Positions 55,950-64,000 of a stretch of DNA of 64,000 nt are shown one piece after another; the first letter of the stretch is position 1, and the number at the start of each line of letters is the position of its first letter. Both the position numbers and the translations under genes were made by a program. The stretch comes from Camelus dromedarius (taxonomy: Eukaryota). The stretch covers positions 120,902,001 to 120,966,000 of the forward strand of contig NC_087437.1 of NCBI RefSeq assembly GCF_036321535.1. Direction: 5' to 3'. The notes under the pieces are model-generated. The model worked only from the letters and a program-made list of their open reading frames with translations, searched no databases and had not been told where the DNA came from.

Positions 55950-56850
55950 GACCGGCGCCTAGAAGTCCTGCCAGACGCGGGGCAGGCGGCGGTGCGCAAA
56001 GGGTCGCGTCCGGCCCCCTCCCCGGGCCGTCCCTCCGGTCTGGTTGACACTCGACTGGCTCTGCCGCCGGTTGTGACGAGCAGACCTGGACGGCTGGACT
56101 GCGCACGCTCCACGAACGCGGTCCTGGATCAGACCGAACAGGTCTGGAAACTTGAACTAAAATTCTGGCTCAGTGGGCCCGAGGCCCAGGTGCGGCCGCC
56201 GCGGACGGCCAGGTGGCGGGTGCGCGCCCCGGACCCCGGGACAGCCACGCGGGCTCGTCGGCCCCGCCCCGCGCCCCGCCCTCGTGGCCAGCGGTGACCT
56301 CACCCGGCGCCGGGGCGGAGCGCAGGGCGCGGGGCGGGACCGGCGACAGCGGCGGCTCGGGGCGGCTGAGCGAGCGCGGCCGAGTTGGCGCCGCCATGGC
56401 CACCGTGGATCTGGAGAAGCTGCGGATGTCCGGGGCCGGCAAGGCCATCGGCGTGCTGACCAGCGGCGGCGATGCGCAAGGTGGGCGAGGGCGCGCGGCC
56501 GGTCGCCTGCGGGCGGGGGTTCTGCCTGTCCCCAGGGCCCTGGGGCGCGCCCGCCACCCTCAGCCGGGGCCTGCGGCGCGCGACCAGCAGGTCCTCCTGC
56601 GGGGCTGCGCTTTCCGCCGCCTCCTCGTGCCCATCCAGGTCCCTGTCCCGAACCCACCCGGACGAGTCCGGGCCTGCGTACGTGCCACCCACCACGGCCT
56701 CTGCGCCCCGCCCGCCGGGGGTGTGACTGCGCGGCCGGCCGTGGCGGGACGAGACGCTCTCGCCGCCCGTGCCGCCCCGGGCGCTGCCCACACCCCTTCC
56801 CCGGTGGCTGTTGTCGGGAGCCCATTTCCTGGAGGCCACGCCAAGCGGAG
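55950..56850. promoter_or_regulatory. PFKL CpG-island promoter (TATA-less, GC boxes)
   Basis: High CpG density; multiple GGGGCGG/CCCCGCCC motifs at 56260-56340, upstream of the ATG. Confidence 0.8.
56396..56480 (+). CDS. PFKL: PFKL exon 1 coding part, 85 nt
   Basis: Strong Kozak context; GCGCAAG|gtgggc. Confidence 0.94.
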
Positions 56851-59800
56851 GTCGCTGAGGTTCTGAGCAGGTCCCCGCAGGCCTAGAGCCCGCTCTTCCT
56901 GGTTCTGAAGCGCAACCTGGGGGCACAGTGCTTCCCCCAAACCACCGCCTCCAGGGTGGCTCTGGGGCATTTTTCCTCAGTGCAGACCTGTTCTCACCGG
57001 GCTTGTACAGGGGAAGCCAAAGATGGCCTTCCCGGTGGCCTGCCCAGCATCCTACAGCCAGGACCTGGCAGAGCTGGGTGAGTGCCCCTCTTGGGGTCTA
57101 TCCTGGCAGCCCCCTCCTGGGGGCCTGACTGCTGCTCTCCAGTGCCTCTCTCCGGGGATGACCAATGTGGCACCTGTTGGGCCTGGGCCTGGCCACACCA
57201 CACACCTTGAACCCCAGGAAAGACCTTAAGTAGCCCAGGGAGCAGGCCTGGAAGAAACCCAGCCCGCACCCTTGGGCTGCACGGCTGGGCGGGGTCTGCC
57301 TCCTTCCAGATCAGGAGTGTAGACACACACCTCCTCTCCCTGCCTCAGGCCCCAGACTCCCCTGTCCCCACTCAGAAGCGGGGAAGAGGTCAGAGGGGAA
57401 GAGGTCGGAGGAAGCGGCTCTCACAAGGGGCAACCCAGGTGGGGGGACTGAGTCAGACGAGTCAGCCACTGTCTGCATCGCGGCCTGCTGCGAGGCGGGA
57501 GGCCTCCCGCGGGTTCGAGCTGAGCCCTCTGGACCTGGCAGGGCGGGCACTGTGCTCTGCTGCACGTCCACAACCCCGCATGGCCAGAGCACTGGCTGCC
57601 TGTTGCTGGGGGATGGCGGCTCCCTCTCAGAGCATGGCCAGTGGGCGGGGCCGCGGGAGGAGAGCTGGCGGAGAAGGTGGTCTTGCGGAAGCATCATCCC
57701 TGAGACTGGATCCCGGGAAGTGAGAGGGCTAGACCCGCCTCTCCAGAGAGGTCCTCTCGGAGGCAAGGCCCCTCTCCCTGCCTCGTGCGGCTCCGGGTCT
57801 CCACCCCAGGCTGCCAGACCCCAGGCTGCCGTCTGCACAGGGGAGACAGCAGCGCTGGAGGGAGGGCTGGGCTTGATGAACAAGGGCGTGTAGGCAGAGG
57901 TGCAGAGGTGCGGAGCCCGGTGGGCGGCGTGCCCCCTCCCCCCTGCACAGGCCAAATAGGGTGAGGGAGCGCGGAGGTGCAGTGCTGCCATCCCGGCAGG
58001 TGGGCCAGCTGAGGGCAGAGCCTGTCTGACCTGCGGGTCTCCACTTGGCCAGCCCTGCCCTGGAGCCCCACACAGAACAGGCAGTGCTTCCTGGATGCCT
58101 CGGAGTGTGGCCGTCAGCGTACCACCGGCTGGGCTGACCAGCAGCCACCTCACCTCCTGCAGGTGTCCTTGCTTCCCTATTCCCCTAGCGGCTGTCACCA
58201 TGATTTTCTGGTTGGGGCTTTGAGAGAGGAGGACTCCGCCAGCTTCCCCAGTTTAGGGCTGGGACCGAGGCCTGGAGGAAGATGAGGGCCAGCTAGCTCT
58301 CTGCGGGGTAGGGAGCCTTTCTGGTTTGTAAGTTCTGAAAGCCAGCCAGTGGGTGTCTGCCCTGGGCCCACTCACTCTTGCTTGCACCACTCTGGGGACC
58401 TGGCTCCAGACGGTGGGTTCCCAGTTTGCCCTCAGGGGTCCTCAGTGCCTTCCAGATAAGGCTGACCTTTTGGGACCTGCTGGTGCCACATGGGCCCTCC
58501 CTTGTGTGCTCTCCCATGTGGGTGCGGGGCCGACAGCAGCTGCAGAGAATGGGTATCCACCCTGATGTGCGCTTGCCTCCCAGATGCTAGTCTGCGTTTG
58601 TTGGAACGAGTGAAAACCAGCCAGCCTCATGGCATGGAGGGCCAGACCCTATCCTGGTTGGGCCAGCCTGGACCAGCTCTGTGATTTGACCCGAGCACTT
58701 CCCTCGGGCCCCAGTTTCCCCTTCTGTAAGCAGTGGGGAGAGGCCAGGATGAGCCACCGGACAGGTTCCTTCCAGCCAGCCCAGAAGCCATGTCCTCTGC
58801 CCTTCCTGTTGGCCAGAGTGCCCATCTGTGAGTTGAGGAAAGGCAGTTGTTGTTCAAGGATGTTACTTTGTACAAAAGTGACTACAAGGCTGTAAAACAG
58901 CCCAGCTCCCCCTCCATTGACCCCCTGGGTCTTGGCCCTGGGCGGCCCCAGCCCTGTCCCTCAGTAGCACCCAGGACCGGCCTTTTCCAGGCTGCTCAGT
59001 GTAGCTGGTGATGGCCTGTGTTTGCAGGTGAGGGCTCCCTCCCCATCTTGTCTGTCCCTGCCTGGCTCTGCATCTTCACATCAGCTGACAATTAGATGCT
59101 GACCTGCTGGACCGCAGGTCCTCTCAGGCTCACCTCTTTCCTGTCCGTTTGGCTTTTCCGGAAGCTAATTGTGATGAAAAGTCACCTTAGGGACAAACAC
59201 GTCCTCCTCAGACATCAGTTTGTGATGTCAATTTCCTCCAGCAGGAGGTCCTCAGTTGCAGTCTCCCTGGCCTGCTGGAGGGTGAGGGTGACGTGTTGAG
59301 GGTCAAGGGTCAAGGGTCGAGGCGTGGTCCGTCAGCTGCAGCTTTTCTCCTGCCTGCTCCTCTGACCCTCGGGGCTTATGGCTGCTGCCCAGGGTTATTT
59401 CGAGAAAGAAAAGCAGATTAAAGGCAACTAAATAGGCTCTTTTAAGGAAGGCAGCTTACAGTGAGGTTTACTAGGCAAGGAAACCCACGCCCTCAGGCCT
59501 CTGTCTCCATGGCAGCTGGTACAATTCCTTTCCAAGATTTGAGAGTGTAATATGGTCATTTGCTCTCTGCCACGAGACTGCAAACAGTACCTTAAGCCTG
59601 GGGCCCTCTGCTGTCCTTGGGGCTCCGGACAAGGCCTCCAGGCTGGCTAGTGGGATGGCCATGACCTCTGGTTGGACGGTGGCCTGGGTCTCCGGCCGCT
59701 GCCCCCCCTGTCCCCACCCTCTCTCCTCACCCACCCGGAACTGCTGGCCTCCCTCCTGCTCCCAGAGGCGGGGCTTGGACCTTGAGCCCCAAGTGGCCTC

Positions 59801-62800
59801 ACCCCAGCAAGGGCGGCCAGGGGAGGCAGATACCTGAGAGTGAAAAGCCTCGGCTGGCCAAGGCCCAAGAGGTGGCCGGATGCTTCTGCAGGACCCAGAG
59901 CCTGCTGAGGGGCGCTGGGGGGTGGGGGCAGCACTGCAGCTGTTTCATCTCATCTGGCAGGGGCCGCGAGGGCAGGCAGGGCCGGGAGGGCAGGCAGGGC
60001 AAGGAGAGTGCAGCTCACAGCCCCCTGGCCTCAGGCAGCAGGACTTTCGGCCCTTCAGATTTAGGTTCTGGGGGCAGCCCAGCTGTCTGGGAGTATGTAT
60101 GTGGGGTGCACTCTCTGGGCTCCTGCCCTTAACTTCGATTTCTGCAACCCCACTTCCATCCCTTTGGGAGATGAGAGATATTTATGCTTTCTTTAGAAAT
60201 GGGATTTTCTTGCTAAAGGCAGGTGTGTAAGCCATGGGCATGGCCAGCTCAGGGTCCGTCTGGCCTCTGTGCTCCACTGACCCTGGCCCTGCCCTCACCT
60301 GCTGGGATTTCTCATCTGCAGAATGAGGATAGTGGCAAATTCCCCAGCTGATTTCCCAGGAACTATGTGCCGGGAGCCTTGGGCTGGAAGCTGTGGGCCG
60401 TGGGCCGGGAGCCGTGGGCCGGGAGCCATTGGCCGTGGGCAGGGAGTCATGGGCTGGGAGCTGTGGGCCGAGAGCTGTAGGCCACGGGCCGGGAGCTGTG
60501 GGCCGTGGGCCGGGAGCTGTGGGCTGTGGGCCGGGAGCTGTGGGCTGTGGGCTTGGAGCCCTGGGCCAGGAGCTAGGGCCGTAGGCCGGGAGCCATGGGC
60601 CGTGGGCCGTGGGCCTGCCCTGGGAGAGGCTCTTCCTGCAGAGCTCTTCCTGAGGTTCTCACTGCTGTCCAGCCCTCAATGCCTTGTCTGAGAGCTGCTC
60701 ACTCCCTGGGCCCTGCCTCCAGGCTGGAGACAGGGTGAGACTTGTGTAATCAGGGTAATGGTCGAGAGTCATCGAGTTGGGGTCACCATGTGGACCACGC
60801 ATGCTCTAGGGATCCTGTGGGTGACAGCACTCCTGCAGGATGCCCAAGCTGCTAGGAACTGCCCCTCCACCAGCTCAGGGGGCCCGGAGGGCAGGTAAGG
60901 GCTTTCCCAGCCTGGGGACAGACCACAGGATGTGAGTGTGGGCTCTGGGCCAGGCCTGCGGGAGGAAGGCGGGGGAGCAGGGGTGGTCCCCGGGGCGAGA
61001 CTGAGCACAGGTCACCTCTGTGATCAGACCCCCAGACCTGGCATCAGAGGCTGGGACCTGGGGTGGGTGGCCTTGGCCAACTTTCTTCCTCTTGAAGACC
61101 AGTGTCTGTCCTGCCCGTCCCACTGATAGCTTTTGTGACAGGAAAGGTTTGAGGCAAATTGCCTCCAGCTGCTGATTCCCAGGCCTCAGCCATGGCCCCC
61201 TGCCAGGTGGCAGTCAGGGTGGGGGCTGGGCCTGCCCCGGGTGCCCGCACAGGGCCACCCACCTGGCATCTGACCTGGTATCTGACCTAGCATTCTCTGG
61301 GCTTGCGGGGGCTGCAGCTGTGCGCGTCAGGCCACCTGGAGGCCCCGTCCCACCCTCAGACAGCAGCAGGGGCTGCCGCGTTGGGCTACTGCTGGTGCAC
61401 CTGTCCCCCGTGGGGCCGCCCATGGGGCTTCCTCGGGTTGTGCCTTGTGAGCCCTACTATGGGCCAGGCCCGCGGGAACTGACCGCAAGGGAACGGGAGT
61501 GAGGTTCCATTGGACTCTTTTGAGTATTTCTTGTGAGCTGCGCTCTCTTCCTGCCCCACGATTGTCTGTCTTTCCAGGAAGCCTATACTGCAGGGTAGCT
61601 GCTGTAGACAGGGGCTGGGGCCAGGGGTCAAGGAAGCGAGGTGACCCCCGAGCCTGGTGGCCCCGGTGTGCATGAGGCCATTTAGCTGACTGCCGGAGGC
61701 CGCCAGACCCCCCCAGTGAGGCAGGAAGCCCCATAAAAAGACAGGCAGGGCCATTACTCTCCTACCAGCACCATCCGGCTCCCTGGCTCAGAGGCTGTAT
61801 CTCACTTTTTGCCTCTGAAACGGCTTACTTACGCCTAAAATTCTATTGGTTCCCTGAGCTCACTTCTGATTGGTTATTTCCTTCACTCCTGATTAGTTAT
61901 TTCCCTAACTCCTGATTGGTTCATTTCCCTAACTTCTGATTGGTCCATTTGTAGTACTTCATTTGCATGGAGCTCACTTCTGATTGGTTATTTCTCGCCC
62001 TCCTAATTGGTCCATTTCTACAAAGCTTGTTCTTAATTAGTCAACTTTCCTTATACCTCATTTGCATATGATGTTGCAAAGTGTAAACTGGCAGTTTATA
62101 AAAGCCGGTGTAACCCTACAGACGGGTCCAGAGCTTGGAGTGTTAACTCCTGTGGGCCCTTTGGTGTAACAAGCTTGAGTTCTCCGTTTGTCCGAGGGCT
62201 GTTTGGTCTCTCGCCTGGATTCAGGTAGCTGTCACAACTGAGCTGGAACACAATATTCTGCAACACCAACAGTCCCAGATCCTAGCCTTAGGGGGTGTTG
62301 TCCTCCCTTGTCCTATGAAGGCCACTCTCCAGGCCGTGGGGCAGGGCGTTTATGGCCCCAGGGCCAAGGGACACTGACTTTCAGGTATCCCCTGAGCTGC
62401 CCCCCAGTGTGGTGGCCCAGAGTCCAGCAGAGGCTGAGGGTGGGTTTGGAAGGCTGCTGCCCCCTGTGTCCCACCTGTCTCCTCTTTCATCCTGGGGTCG
62501 TACACCCGACTTGCTGAGATTCCCCCAGGTCAGGGTCTGGCCACAGGAGTAGGAGGGGTGTGGTGCTGAGCAGCAGGGGCCACAGGTGAGCACGAGGCAG
62601 GCTGAGGCCAGACACAATGTGGCAGGTTTGCACCTGCCTGTTCTCCAGACTCTGGCGGAATCCAGTCCAGGTGGGGACCTTCCTGGGCAGCTTATTTCCA
62701 AATGCTTGGAAGCTGGAATGACACTGGGGTGGGGTTCACCCTGTGCTGGGCTTGGGCTCCTGGCTCAGTGTCCCCTGAGATGCGGGGAGCGAAGGTCCAG

Positions 62801-62926
62801 GGCCCCGACACCCCAAGTCTCCACTGACGGGCGTCTCCCTGCCCCTTCGCAGGCATGAACGCCGCTGTTCGAGCTGTTACGCGCATGGGCATTTACGTGG
62901 GGGCCAAGGTCTTCCTCATCTACGAG
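56396..62926 (+). CDS. PFKL: 6-phosphofructokinase, liver type, 5' part: exons 56396-56480 and 62853-62926; the gene continues past the window end
   Basis: gccgccATGG; MATVDLEKLRMSGAGKAIGVLTSGGDAQ|GMNAAVRAVTRMGIYVGAKVFLIYE; GT-AG intron; lies downstream of AIRE as in other mammals. Confidence 0.96.
60368..60615. repeat. G-rich heptamer-based tandem repeat (GGGCCGT/GGGCTGT/GAGCTGT/GGGCCGG; higher-order unit about 21 bp)
   Basis: Directly visible, e.g. gggagctgtgggccgtgggcc repeated with variants. Confidence 0.85.
61586..62265 (+). mobile_element. Probable solo ERV LTR with a tandem CCAAT array in PFKL intron 1
   Basis: About 23-bp repeats ctgattggttatttcc, two ATTTGCAT, TATAAAA (62097-62103) and a 3' terminus ...ctgcaaca. 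The 5' boundary and TSD (ccta/ccaa) are tentative. Confidence 0.65.
62853..62926 (+). CDS. PFKL: PFKL exon 2, 74 nt
   Basis: tcgcag|GCATGAAC ... TACGAG|gtaagg. Confidence 0.94.
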
Positions 62927-64000
62927 GTAAGGTGCTGGGTGGGCTGCGTGCTCTGGCCGGGAGCAGGGGGAGGAGGGGGGGTGAGGCGTGGGGGAGGGAG
63001 GAAGGATGGTCGATCCTGTCCCAGCACAGTCATTGTCATTGTTCAATCCCTGAGGCCCAGGCCCAGAGAGAGGCTGGTCAGGACAGACGGGTGGGGTGGG
63101 GCCAGCCCTGCTCCGGGATGGTTGTGGGGAGCCCGCCCTCCAGCCTGGGGACTTGTGGTTGGGTGTGTCACTTGAGAGAGGAGGGCATGAAGCTGCCTCC
63201 TGGGAGGCCCGGGACCTCACCCCGACCTGATCCCCAGCCCTCTCACGTCCTCATTACCTAAACCTGAGTTTGTATTACCCTCAAACTGTTTACAGCAAGT
63301 AGTCTTCTTGCACAAAGCAACAGAGTATCATTGTTCCATCTCATCCTGGCCACAGATGCTGCCCACTTTGCTTTGTATCTCCCTCAGTCCCTCCCCCACA
63401 AATCCCTGTCTCCATTTGGGGCACACGTATGCGTATGCGTGCGCATGCGCGAGTACACATGCCCTAGAATTCTCTTGTGCTTTGTACTTTGTTTCGTTGC
63501 TTTACTAGAATGTAGTGAACCCCCTACTCTGCTCCTTCCGGAGCTTCCCTCCTCCCACCTTGGGCGTGTCCGAGTCCTGTCCCTTTGCCCTGGCCCAGGT
63601 CAGGCCCTTCCCCGCCAGCCCTGGCTGTATGGGGCTGCCTGAATGTTCTGGAGGCCCTACCCTCCCACAGGATCTGGACCCTCAGACCGGCTTCGATGGC
63701 CAGGACCCTGCAAGGCCCTAGGTCATGTTTGGGAAGCACTTATCTTCAGAGTCTCAGGGACCTGTGGTCTCAGGAGCTGGACAGGTGGGACCCTCGCCCT
63801 GATAATGGTGTAGAACCTTCTGGAGGACAGGGTGAGATTCTTCAGAGAGTGGCCTAGTTTTGTGGACAAGTGGCCTCCAGTCAGGGAGGGGAGGGCCTAA
63901 TGCCCGGCTCCCGGAGGTCGTACACATGTGATGGGGCATCCCTTCACCTCCCTGACCGTCCATTTCTTCTTTGAAGTGGGGAGGTGAGGGCACGAAAGCT

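Noticed and set aside
61840..62045. CRISPR-like repeat array
   Set aside because: The context is eukaryotic, and the units are contiguous degenerate tandem repeats without unique spacers, typical of an LTR U3 enhancer.

Overview
This is mammalian genomic DNA carrying the conserved ICOSLG-DNMT3L-AIRE-PFKL block (syntenic to human 21q22.3). A tRNA-derived SINE at 30.3 kb suggests a camelid. I traced the exons by hand using splice signals, reading phase and recalled orthologue sequences. ICOSLG lies on the minus strand (coding exons 1-4; the transmembrane and tail exons fall before base 1). DNMT3L is on the minus strand with 12 exons. AIRE is on the plus strand with 14 exons and about 571 aa. 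PFKL is on the plus strand (exons 1-2). The DNMT3L-AIRE interval is mostly nested L1, LTR and SINE sequence plus the AIRE CNS1-like tandem NF-kB enhancer. Five observations stand out: (1) the expected DNMT3L exon-1 splice donor reads AT instead of GT, while the exon-2 acceptor would skip the human-type ATG; (2) a DNMT3L stop-loss (TAA>CAA) adds 16 aa; (3) DNMT3L intron 5 holds a compact ISRE plus two NF-kB sites; (4) a sense LTR in PFKL intron 1 carries a CCAAT array, octamers, TATA box and splice donor just upstream of an in-frame ATG; (5) an AIRE exon-12 donor shift adds 10 aa. I see no evidence of a wholly new gene system, and the many long GC-rich ORFs in the track are best read as noise. 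All orthologue comparisons are from memory and need alignment to confirm.
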